DNA from: Lachnospiraceae bacterium
GTDB lineage: Bacteria; Bacillota; Clostridia; Lachnospirales; Lachnospiraceae
Length of the DNA stretch: 64,000 nt
Assembly (NCBI GenBank): GCA_029063085.1
Contig: JAIDOW010000067.1
Coordinates: forward strand, 1-64,000
Direction: 5' to 3'
The notes under the pieces were generated by a model, which did no database searches, had not been told where the DNA came from, and saw only the letters and a program-made list of their open reading frames with translations. Both the position numbers and the translations under genes were made by a program. Shown one piece after another: positions 56,180 through 64,000 of the stretch (position 1 is the stretch's first letter; every line of letters starts with the position of its first letter).

Positions 56180-57574
56180 CTATCCCTCATTTTTTTCATT
56201 CAATATCTTCCCAATCCTCAAAAACAGAGTACTTCCACATATTATAGCCGCCAAAGCATCTGCAATGGGTTCTGCCCAGTAAATTCCCATAACACCAAAC
56301 AACCTTGGAAAAATAATAGCTAACGGAATCAACAGAATCACTTTTCGGAGCAATGCCATAAACAGGGAAATCTTAGCCTGTCCCAGTCCAAGAAATGTCG
56401 TCTGGGAACTCAGCTGTACACCAAAAATCAGACAGCCTGCCACAAATACCGGTAATACCTTCTTCACTAATGTAATCATTGCCGCATCCGTTGTAAACAT
56501 TTTTGCAAACATTCCCGGAAATCCCATGGCAAGCACAGTCATGACCACTGAAGTCGTGACATTGATTATCATCAACCGCTTCATAATTCCAATCACTCTT
56601 TCTTTATTGCCTGCACCGTAATTGTAACTGATAATAGGCTGAACACCCTGATTAAAACCGGAAACCGGGGTCAGAACCAGCTGCATGACACTTTGTAAAA
56701 TCACAAGGGAGCCTACATACAGATCCCCGCCATATTTTTGCAGATTAGAATTAAATACCACCGAAATCATGCATTCCGTACTCTGCATGATAAATGGAGA
56801 GACTCCTAATGACGCAATCCTGCCAACAATACCTGCCGATAATTTCAAATACTGCCTTCTGATTCGTATGGAAGAGCTCTTTGACGACAGAAATCCAACA
56901 ACAAACACTGCACTACAGCACTGAGAAATCACTGTGGCAATCGCCGCTCCTGACACACCCAAATCCAATACAAAAATAAAAACAGGGTCCAAAATAATGT
57001 TAAGCCCCGCACCTAACAAGACGGAAAGCATTGCAATCCCTGTTTTCCCCTGTGCCGAGATAAACGGATTCAGACCAAGTGCAAGCTGTACTACCAATGT
57101 TCCCCATAAATAAATCGTCAGATATTCCACTGCATAGGAAATCGTCGCATCACTGGCACCAAACAGATAGAGCACCGGCTCCTTCACTGCCTGAAATAAC
57201 GCTGTCAATATTACGGAAAAACCTATCAGCATTAAAACCACATTTCCCAATATCTCTTCTGCACGTTTACGTTCCCCTCTGCCCAGTGCGATTGCCGCAA
57301 GAGGAGCACCACCCGAACCTGCAAAAGCACTAAATGCAGAAACAATAATTAAAATAGGAAGGGTAACTCCCACACCCGTCAGTGCCAGGGAACCATCCCC
57401 TTCCATATGCCCAATATAAATACGGTCCACAATATTATAAATAATATTAATCAACTGTGCAATCATCGCCGGTATGCCCATTTTAAACATTACCTGTAAA
57501 AACGGTGCCGTTCCCATCATTGCTTCAGAAGAAAATGCTTTACCGCCATCCTGCTTTTGTTCCTTCATAATCAA
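56180..57574 (-). CDS. MATE family efflux transporter
   Basis: 464-aa ORF with 12 predicted TM helices and MATE-like repeat organisation. Its stop abuts the stop of the convergent RR gene. Confidence 0.8.
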   Translation of the reverse strand: MIMKEQKQDGGKAFSSEAMMGTAPFLQVMFKMGIPAMIAQLINIIYNIVDRIYIGHMEGDGSLALTGVGVTLPILIIVSAFSAFAGSGGAPLAAIALGRGERKRAEEILGNVVLMLIGFSVILTALFQAVKEPVLYLFGASDATISYAVEYLTIYLWGTLVVQLALGLNPFISAQGKTGIAMLSVLLGAGLNIILDPVFIFVLDLGVSGAAIATVISQCCSAVFVVGFLSSKSSSIRIRRQYLKLSAGIVGRIASLGVSPFIMQSTECMISVVFNSNLQKYGGDLYVGSLVILQSVMQLVLTPVSGFNQGVQPIISYNYGAGNKERVIGIMKRLMIINVTTSVVMTVLAMGFPGMFAKMFTTDAAMITLVKKVLPVFVAGCLIFGVQLSSQTTFLGLGQAKISLFMALLRKVILLIPLAIIFPRLFGVMGIYWAEPIADALAAIICGSTLFLRIGKILNEKNEG

Positions 57575-57593
57575 CTTTCCACCTTAACATAAC

Positions 57594-58541
57594 CTATCCA
57601 ATCGTAAGTGCTGCTGCACCGATTATCCCTGCATCATTGCCAAGCTCAGAGGTAACGATACGTGCAATCTCCCCATGCCTGCCACCAAAACAAAAACGCT
57701 TTACTTTTTCTTCCAGAGGTATTGTAAGATTCTCCTTTTGTGCTGCAACACCGCCCCCTAAAATAACAACCTCCGGACGGAAAATATTAACCACATTCAC
57801 AATCCCCGTTGCCAGATTATCTTCATACTCCTCAATCACTTTTTTTGCAGTTGCATCCCCCATAGCTGCTGCCTCAAACGGTATCACACCATCCATATTC
57901 TCCAACCGGTTCTCACACATCCGGTTCATAATTGAAGATGGATTTTCACCTGCTGCCTGTTTTGCCATCCTGAGAAGTGCAGTGGCCGATGCATATGCTT
58001 CAAGACACCCTTTCCTCCCACAGGTACACTGCTCACCGCCTGCCTTAATCACCATATGCCCTAATTCCACGCCCCCGTTTAGCGGGCCGTGAAAAATTTT
58101 TCCGTCCAGTATGACACCTCCGCCAACTCCGGTTCCCAAGGTCAGCATAACCGCACTTTTTACACCTTTACAAACACCGGCACAGACTTCTCCCAATGCA
58201 GCAGCATCTGCATCGTTTGCAATCTTTATGGAAACCGGCAATCGTTCTTGCATTTGTGTCACAATAGCAACATTTTCCCACCCAAAATTATTGGAATACA
58301 GTATCTCTCCTCTCCTATCATCCACTGTTCCGGGACTTCCGATTCCAATCCCTGCACAATCTCTGATATTTAATCCATGCTTTTCCAATAATTCCAAGAC
58401 AGACTCTGTCATATAATCTACCATTTTTTCTGCGGGAATATCCAGTCTGGTCGGAATGACTATTTTATCTACAATCTGATTTTTTTTATTTACCAGACCA
58501 AATTTAATTGACATACCGCCCATGTCAATTCCAATCCTCAT
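57594..58541 (-). CDS. glcK: ROK-family glucokinase
   Basis: MRIGIDMGG N-terminus and a ROK zinc motif CTCGRKGCLEAYAS. The start is set at the internal Met with a GAGGAG RBS; the ORF extends 15 codons further. Confidence 0.8.
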   Translation of the reverse strand: MRIGIDMGGMSIKFGLVNKKNQIVDKIVIPTRLDIPAEKMVDYMTESVLELLEKHGLNIRDCAGIGIGSPGTVDDRRGEILYSNNFGWENVAIVTQMQERLPVSIKIANDADAAALGEVCAGVCKGVKSAVMLTLGTGVGGGVILDGKIFHGPLNGGVELGHMVIKAGGEQCTCGRKGCLEAYASATALLRMAKQAAGENPSSIMNRMCENRLENMDGVIPFEAAAMGDATAKKVIEEYEDNLATGIVNVVNIFRPEVVILGGGVAAQKENLTIPLEEKVKRFCFGGRHGEIARIVTSELGNDAGIIGAAALTIG

Positions 58542-58605
58542 GTACTTCTTCTCCTCTTGGATTATTTTCTGTTTAATCTCTATCACACTAATAGTTTACA
58601 TAATC

Positions 58606-59235
58606 TTACCGAATAAAATTCGTTCTTATTTTTTCCTCTGATTCGGGATGTTCCACACCATTTGCTTTTCCTGTTTCCAGAACCTTTAACATCCATGCCA
58701 TATTCTTCCCGAGAATATGCATAACCTGTAATCCTTCTAAATCTTTTTTTACATCCTCAGGTCTGGTACCATGGACCATGTTCCAGTAATTTGCCGGCAC
58801 CATGAGCATATTGTTGATTCCGATATATTTGTTCAGAACATCATAGGTTGCTGTCGTTCCTGCACGTCTTGCAGAAGCAATACATGCCGCCGGCTTATAC
58901 TGCATATACTTTCCTGCACTATAAAACAACCGGTCCATAACTGCTAACATGGCACCATTCGGCGATGCATAATAAACCGGAGAACCAAATATATATCCGT
59001 CAGCTTCCTTCGCCTTTTTTGCCAGCTGATTCACAATATCATCATCAAAAACACAACCCCTGCTTTCTTCCCTTTTACAGCCGCCACATCCAATACATCC
59101 CCTGACTGGCTTATTGCCGATATGAAAAATCTCCGTTTCAATCCCCTGTTCCTCTAAGGTCTTTGCAATTTCCGATAATGCTGTGTAAGTACATCCTTTT
59201 TCATTTGGACTCCCGTTTACCAATAATACTTTCAT
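58606..59235 (-). CDS. Flavodoxin-like NAD(P)H-dependent FMN reductase / iron-sulfur flavoprotein (Isf-like)
   Basis: 209-aa ORF. The N-terminus is MKVLLVNGSPNEKGCTYT. A compact Cys cluster follows (CIGCGGCKREESRGC). Confidence 0.7.
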   Translation of the reverse strand: MKVLLVNGSPNEKGCTYTALSEIAKTLEEQGIETEIFHIGNKPVRGCIGCGGCKREESRGCVFDDDIVNQLAKKAKEADGYIFGSPVYYASPNGAMLAVMDRLFYSAGKYMQYKPAACIASARRAGTTATYDVLNKYIGINNMLMVPANYWNMVHGTRPEDVKKDLEGLQVMHILGKNMAWMLKVLETGKANGVEHPESEEKIRTNFIR

Positions 59236-59547
59236 TTTTTCTCTCCTTTTCCATTCCTATACAGGTATTTACAATATGATATGCCACAAAAATGCATTTA
59301 AGTATATTACTTGGAAAACTGGCATTCACCCTTGGCTTATGCCTTCCTCACAAATGACAACCGGGAGCTGCCGCATTAAAGATTTTCTCTTCGTTTTCTT
59401 AACACGACAGCCCCTGATAATGTCATCATATTTAATTCATATACCTGATACAATATACAATGCATATTAAGCTGTTAACACCCTGATTTATTATTCACTG
59501 CATTGGATATATCTTACCACAGTTTTATCTGATTTGCCACAAGAACA

Positions 59548-61095
59548 TTATGCCCAGTTATCTTTCAGAAATGTCTCCCCTGCATTGTCATATCTGCTAT
59601 CCATCTCCTGCAGGCATTTCTGTACGATAACCGAATCTGTCTGATAAAAACACAGTCCCTGTCCACATTTTTGATATTTTTCATTTCCCTTTCCTAAAAC
59701 GAGAACCACAGTATTGTCTTTCGATTTCCCGATGGCAGTCCGTATCGCCATCTCCCTATTTTCTATAAATTCATATCCAACACCAGACTGTTCTATATAT
59801 TGTCCAATTTCTTTTGACATTTGCTCCGGAGATTCCGTTCCCGGATCATCTGTAGATAAATAAACCTTATCGGAAAAATATCCAGCAATGGTTCCTAATT
59901 CCCTGCGGCGATTATATGCCTTATCTCCGGGACAGCCAAAGACAGATATAATGGAACTGTCCGGATATTCCAGCCGTACTGATTCGTAAAGTCTTTTAAA
60001 GCTTAAATAATTATGGGCATAATCTACAATAACAGAGATATTATTTCTTCTGCTTCTGTATTTCTCCATACGTCCTTCTACAACCGTATTTTCCAGTCCT
60101 TTTACAATATATCTGACCGGAACATGATATCTGTAGGCAACACAAATGGCCGCCAGTGCATTTTCTACATTAAAAAGACCGTCCATTGCCAGCTGTATTT
60201 TCGTCCAAAAGCGGTCACAGGACACTTCGAAGGAAATCTTCCCATTCTCCACTTTTACATTACTTCCCCTGATATCTGCTCCTTCTTTCATGCCAAAAGT
60301 AAGAATATTTTTACATTTCCCCGCCTCTTTTAATATCACATCCGCATAGTCCGAATCTACATTTACACATGCATAGCCTGTCTGTTCAAATAAGGAAAGC
60401 TTCGCATGAAAATAATCATCAAAATCCTTATGTTCCACGGGACTGATATGATCCTCAGAAATATTCAGAAAAACACCTGTATCAAAGGAAATCCCCTTTA
60501 CACGGTTATATTTTAATGCCTGGCTCGATACCTCTACAGTCATATGGGAAATATCATTTTCTTCCGCAGTATGCATATATCTGTATACCTCCAGAGCCTC
60601 CGGTGTTGTCATTACAGATTCAGCAAAACGTACACCATCATACGTTTTAATAGAAGAAATCATTGCAGTTTTCTTCTTTTCCAGAGAAACCATATATTCA
60701 TCCAGAATTGCTTTCACATAATATGTAGTTGTCGTTTTCCCTTTTGTTCCTGTAATTCCAATGGTTCGCAGGGAGATATTATCAAAATCATAAAATTCTC
60801 TTGCCAGTAAAGGCATTGCTTCCCGAATATCACTTACCAGAATATACGGCAGATGAACACCTGCATAATACTTTTCACTGATATAGCATACGGCTCCCCA
60901 TCTTGCAGCTTCCTGTAAATATTCTTTTTTAAATCCGGCACCCTTACATATAAATATCGTATTTTTTACAACCCTCTGGGAATGATATGTGATATTTTCT
61001 ATTTCCTGTTTTTCCTCACATACAGACGACATACGGATCAATCCCGCCTTTGATAATACATCAACATATTCTTCCAATAATTTTCCCATTTGCAA
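59548..61095 (-). CDS. murE: Mur ligase family enzyme, MurE-like (UDP-MurNAc-tripeptide synthetase)
   Basis: 515-aa ORF with a P-loop GITGTKGKTTTTYY and a MurE-type N-terminal pattern (ITYHSQRV..NTIFICKGAGF...GAVCYISE). Confidence 0.7.
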   Translation of the reverse strand: MQMGKLLEEYVDVLSKAGLIRMSSVCEEKQEIENITYHSQRVVKNTIFICKGAGFKKEYLQEAARWGAVCYISEKYYAGVHLPYILVSDIREAMPLLAREFYDFDNISLRTIGITGTKGKTTTTYYVKAILDEYMVSLEKKKTAMISSIKTYDGVRFAESVMTTPEALEVYRYMHTAEENDISHMTVEVSSQALKYNRVKGISFDTGVFLNISEDHISPVEHKDFDDYFHAKLSLFEQTGYACVNVDSDYADVILKEAGKCKNILTFGMKEGADIRGSNVKVENGKISFEVSCDRFWTKIQLAMDGLFNVENALAAICVAYRYHVPVRYIVKGLENTVVEGRMEKYRSRRNNISVIVDYAHNYLSFKRLYESVRLEYPDSSIISVFGCPGDKAYNRRRELGTIAGYFSDKVYLSTDDPGTESPEQMSKEIGQYIEQSGVGYEFIENREMAIRTAIGKSKDNTVVLVLGKGNEKYQKCGQGLCFYQTDSVIVQKCLQEMDSRYDNAGETFLKDNWA

Positions 61096-61295
61096 CCTCT
61101 CTCTTCTTCATCATTTTGACCATGTATCATTTATCATATTAAGCTTCTTTTGCTTCTTATACCTAAGCATTTTGAAACGCTAATAAATGTATACAGATTT
61201 TTTGTATCATAATATTTATTTATTTGTATCATCTTTGTATCAATCATTTTCTCCTTATTCCAGCAAAAAAAATCGGATAATCACTCCAAAACCAC

Positions 61296-61346
61296 TTGAC
61301 ATTAGTATGAAATCATACTATATTACTTGGTACGATTTCATACTAA
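61296..61346 (+). promoter_or_regulatory. Sigma-A promoter (TTGACA-17-TATATT) with an overlapping palindromic MarR-type operator and a second half-site downstream
   Basis: TTGACA at 61296-61301, a 17-nt spacer, and TATATT at 61319-61324. The operator AGTATGA-AA-TCATACT (61304-61319) overlaps the spacer and -10. A second TTTCATACT lies at 61336-61344. The RBS AGGAGG is 8 nt before the ATG at 61364. Confidence 0.7.
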
Positions 61347-61363
61347 CAGGAGGAAGCTGCCCT

Positions 61364-61807
61364 ATGACCATTCATATATCAAAAGAATTAAAACGTTACA
61401 ATCATCTGATAAATGAAATTGATGCCGAATATCATGCAATGTCCCTAAAATTCGGAATGTCTGACAGCGCTATGATCATTCTCTATACAATCTGCGAAAA
61501 GGGAGATTCCTGCCTGCTTCAAGATATATGTCAAACTGCGGGGATCAGCAAGCAGACGATAAATTCTGCTCTGCGCAAATTGGAAGCAGACGGGATACTT
61601 TATTTAGAACCTGCCGGCACAAAAAATAAGAGAGTTTGTCTTACCGTCAAGGGAAAACAACTGGCAGAACATACTGCTTTAAAGATGATAGAAACAGAAA
61701 ATGATATCTTTTCTTCATGGTCAGAAGAAGATGTGGAAAAATATCTTACATTGACCGAACGCTATTTACTTGCATTTAGGGAAAGAAGCAGAAAAATGGA
61801 AACATAA
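61364..61807 (+). CDS. MarR-family transcriptional repressor
   Basis: 147-aa product (MTIHISKELKRY...) with a winged HTH (DICQTAGISKQTINSALRKLEADGILY). The ORF can be extended upstream to 61187, but the promoter and RBS support 61364. Confidence 0.8.
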   Translation: MTIHISKELKRYNHLINEIDAEYHAMSLKFGMSDSAMIILYTICEKGDSCLLQDICQTAGISKQTINSALRKLEADGILYLEPAGTKNKRVCLTVKGKQLAEHTALKMIETENDIFSSWSEEDVEKYLTLTERYLLAFRERSRKMET

Positions 61808-61845
61808 CCAAACTTTTGCATGGATTTTATTTTACTATGCAACAG

Positions 61846-62043
61846 TCAAATACCCCGCTACAAGCAACGAGGTATGACCTAGCTTCTTTTTAGCAAGTCC
61901 GCCCCAGAGGGGCGGGGTATTTGGTCTACGCTCCGCTTCGGTCCTTGCTAAACGAACATCCACCGGATGTTCAGCAACCCTTGCGGCAGTCGCCAAATGC
62001 CTGCAAGCAGTCACTTGGCTCGTTGCTCGCGGGAATAAATCAC
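61846..62043. repeat. Copy A (longest) of the dispersed structured intergenic repeat, ending 22 nt before the MATE gene
   Basis: Contains ATACCCCGC...GAGGTAT, CCGCCCC-AGAG-GGGCGG, GGTATTTGG, a GC-rich middle segment, and the 3' hairpin GCCAAATGCCTGCAAGCAGTCACTTGGC flanked by TTGCGG/TCGCGG, then GAATAAA. Confidence 0.6.
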
Positions 62044-62065
62044 TAATTATAAAGGATGAGAAAAA

Positions 62066-63403
62066 ATGAAAACAAATATTTCACTATCCAGCCATTTCAC
62101 ATACAGAAAACTTTTTTATTTTACATTTCCTTCTGTTATTATGATGTTCTTTACATCTATATATGGCGTGGTAGACGGTTATTTCGTATCAAACTTTGCA
62201 GGAAAAACTGCATTTGCAGCAATCAATCTGGTCATTCCCTTTATCATGATCCTGGGTGGAATGGGATTTATGATCGGTACTGGCGGCACAGCCCTTGTCT
62301 CCAAAACGCTTGGAGAAGGTGATAGGCAAAAGGCGAACCAGTATTTCTCCATAATGGTATATCTGACTCTGATTTTGGGAATTGCACTATCCCTTGTAGG
62401 CTTCGCCTTCATTCGTCCGGTTTCCATTTTCCTTGGTGCTACCGAGCAGATGATAAATGACTGTGTTCTTTATGGACGGGTAGTACTCGGATTTACAACA
62501 GCGTTTATGCTGCAAAACGTATTCCAGAGCTTCCTGATCGCCGCCCAAAAACCTCATCTGGGACTGGCTGCAACAGTAGCTGCCGGCATTACCAATATGC
62601 TTTTAGATGCTGTATTTGTAGGCATTTTCCAATGGGGTGTTGTCGGAGCTGCACTTGCGACAGGAATAAGCCAGTGTGTGGGCGGAATTTTTCCACTCAT
62701 CTACTTCATCCGTCCTAACAGCAGCCTTTTACGCCTTACCAAAACAAAACTACTGTTAAAACCCATTTTGCAAGCCTGCGGAAACGGTTCTTCTGAACTA
62801 ATGAGCAACATTTCCACCTCTGTCGTCAGTATTATATACAATTTTCAGCTTTTGAAATATATAGGCGAAGACGGTGTTTCGGCATATGGCGTCATTATGT
62901 ATGTGCAATTTGCATTTGCCGCTATCTTCATCGGATATTCCATCGGCTCTGCTCCCATCATTTCCTATCACTATGGTGCAAAAAATCATGCAGAGCTAAA
63001 AAATATGCTGAAGAAAAGTGTACTGCTTACCGCCAGCGGCGGCGTTATACTAACAGGGCTTGCATTTATGCTGGCCAATCCGCTTGCAAAACTGTTTGTG
63101 GGATATGATACCGCCCTTTTTAACCTCACGAGCCATGCCTTCCAGATATTTGCCTTTTCATTCGTACTTGCCGGATTTAACATTTTTGTTTCCTCATTTT
63201 TTACGGCACTGAACAACGGTGGGATTTCCGCTGCCATTTCCTTTTTACGGACTCTGGTATTCCAGACCACATCCGTACTGATCCTGCCGTTTTTCTTCGA
63301 TGTCGACGGTATCTGGATGGCAATTACTGTTGCAGAAGTCTTTGCCTGCATCATCTCCATTGTCTGCATTTTTGCCAAACGAAAAAAATACAGATATCTA
63401 TGA
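62066..63403 (+). CDS. MATE family efflux transporter (downstream of the MarR gene)
   Basis: 445-aa ORF with 12 TM helices and MATE-type internal duplication. Confidence 0.8.
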   Translation: MKTNISLSSHFTYRKLFYFTFPSVIMMFFTSIYGVVDGYFVSNFAGKTAFAAINLVIPFIMILGGMGFMIGTGGTALVSKTLGEGDRQKANQYFSIMVYLTLILGIALSLVGFAFIRPVSIFLGATEQMINDCVLYGRVVLGFTTAFMLQNVFQSFLIAAQKPHLGLAATVAAGITNMLLDAVFVGIFQWGVVGAALATGISQCVGGIFPLIYFIRPNSSLLRLTKTKLLLKPILQACGNGSSELMSNISTSVVSIIYNFQLLKYIGEDGVSAYGVIMYVQFAFAAIFIGYSIGSAPIISYHYGAKNHAELKNMLKKSVLLTASGGVILTGLAFMLANPLAKLFVGYDTALFNLTSHAFQIFAFSFVLAGFNIFVSSFFTALNNGGISAAISFLRTLVFQTTSVLILPFFFDVDGIWMAITVAEVFACIISIVCIFAKRKKYRYL

Positions 63404-63436
63404 TACAGTTTTTACCTCTGTATCATAGATACCTGG

Positions 63437-64000
63437 TCAAAGTGATAAATCTCCGTTTGCAGGATTATCAAGTACCTTTCCTTCTTGGGAAAATCTGGAA
63501 CCATGGCAGGCACAATCCCATGTCTGCTCTGCGGGATTCCATTTCAGGGCACAGCCCAAATGCGGACAGCGTTTGGGCGTAATGGTCAGTAAGTTTTTTG
63601 TCGCCTCAAATGTATTGAGCAGCAGCTGCGGTCTTAACATACTTCTGGACGGAGAAAATACATCCTGAAAATCATTTTCCTTTCCTGTTACCATATCACA
63701 GAGAAGCTTTGCCGAAATCATGGAACCTGTCATTCCCCATTTATTAAATCCTGTAGCCACATAAAGTTCTTTTGTTCTCTTGGAATACTTTCCGATATAG
63801 GGAACATCATCTAATGTCATACAGTCCTGTGCCGCCCATGCACATATTTCTTTTGCACTGGGATAATGATTATTTGCAAACTGCCTGATTTCTTCCCAAT
63901 TTCCACCTTTTTTGCCCGTACGATGAGAACCTCCGCCAAGAAGAAGGATTTCTCCATAATTTCGAAAAGACATCCCTTTTTTATCTTCATCTACATACAT
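63437..64000 (-). CDS. FAD-dependent oxidoreductase with a C-terminal Rieske [2Fe-2S] domain (partial; the N-terminus lies beyond the window end)
   Basis: Rieske ligands CPHLGC...CACHGSRF appear at the C-terminus. The upstream part is Rossmann/FAD-like. The ORF is open at 64000. Confidence 0.65.
   Translation of the reverse strand: MYVDEDKKGMSFRNYGEILLLGGGSHRTGKKGGNWEEIRQFANNHYPSAKEICAWAAQDCMTLDDVPYIGKYSKRTKELYVATGFNKWGMTGSMISAKLLCDMVTGKENDFQDVFSPSRSMLRPQLLLNTFEATKNLLTITPKRCPHLGCALKWNPAEQTWDCACHGSRFSQEGKVLDNPANGDLSL

Noticed and set aside
62023-62060. Promoter inside the 3' end of repeat copy A (TTGCTC ... TATAAA)
   Set aside because: The -35-like and -10-like hexamers are 19 nt apart. The predicted TSS would fall downstream of the RBS of the MATE gene. 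The same positions in copy B give no acceptable -10.
1-64000. CRISPR arrays, transposases, integrases, phage structural genes
   Set aside because: No short regularly spaced direct repeats with unique spacers were seen. No DDE/serine/tyrosine recombinase motifs appeared in any ORF translation. The only repeats found are the structured intergenic family and the palindromes reported above.

Overview
This 64-kb window looks like chromosomal DNA from a Clostridia-type Firmicute (a Lachnospiraceae-like gut anaerobe). The evidence is low GC, the dpaAB sporulation genes, a BspA-type LRR surface protein, and the GH16/GH5 glycanases. Coding density is high, and most genes are on the minus strand.

Main content, in order along the window:
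- A surface LRR protein and an SPFH-domain protein.
- An unusual tRNA-like ncRNA region immediately downstream of rtcB.
- A beta-glucan (laminarin-type) utilisation pair (GH5 + multi-modular GH16) with a divergent AraC regulator.
- Two tandem WYL-domain (HTH-WYL-WCX, PafBC-like) regulators, followed by a divergent second PurF-family paralogue.
- A MacAB-like tripartite efflux module with an OmpR/HK two-component system.
- dpaA-dpaB-asnB.
- A long minus-strand gene string: trkH, trkA, yitJ-like, ABC ATPase, giant FtsX permease.
- A flavin reductase-rubredoxin fusion, citrate synthase, purB and canonical purF.
- A YvfTU/Lia-like HisKA_3 kinase/NarL regulator pair with ABC-2 transporters, split by a 3-kb insert.
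- Two MATE efflux pumps (one with its MarR repressor and a clear promoter/operator), glucokinase, murE, and a partial Rieske/FAD oxidoreductase.

No CRISPR array, transposase or integrase was seen.

Three things are not explained by ordinary annotation:
1. A dispersed family of structured intergenic repeats (at least 4 copies) that show compensatory base changes.
2. T-arm and D-arm tRNA modules next to rtcB that do not assemble into a canonical cloverleaf.
3. The WYL-WYL-PurF-like neighbourhood.

All calls come from reading motifs in the supplied translations and the DNA by eye. No database searches were run.
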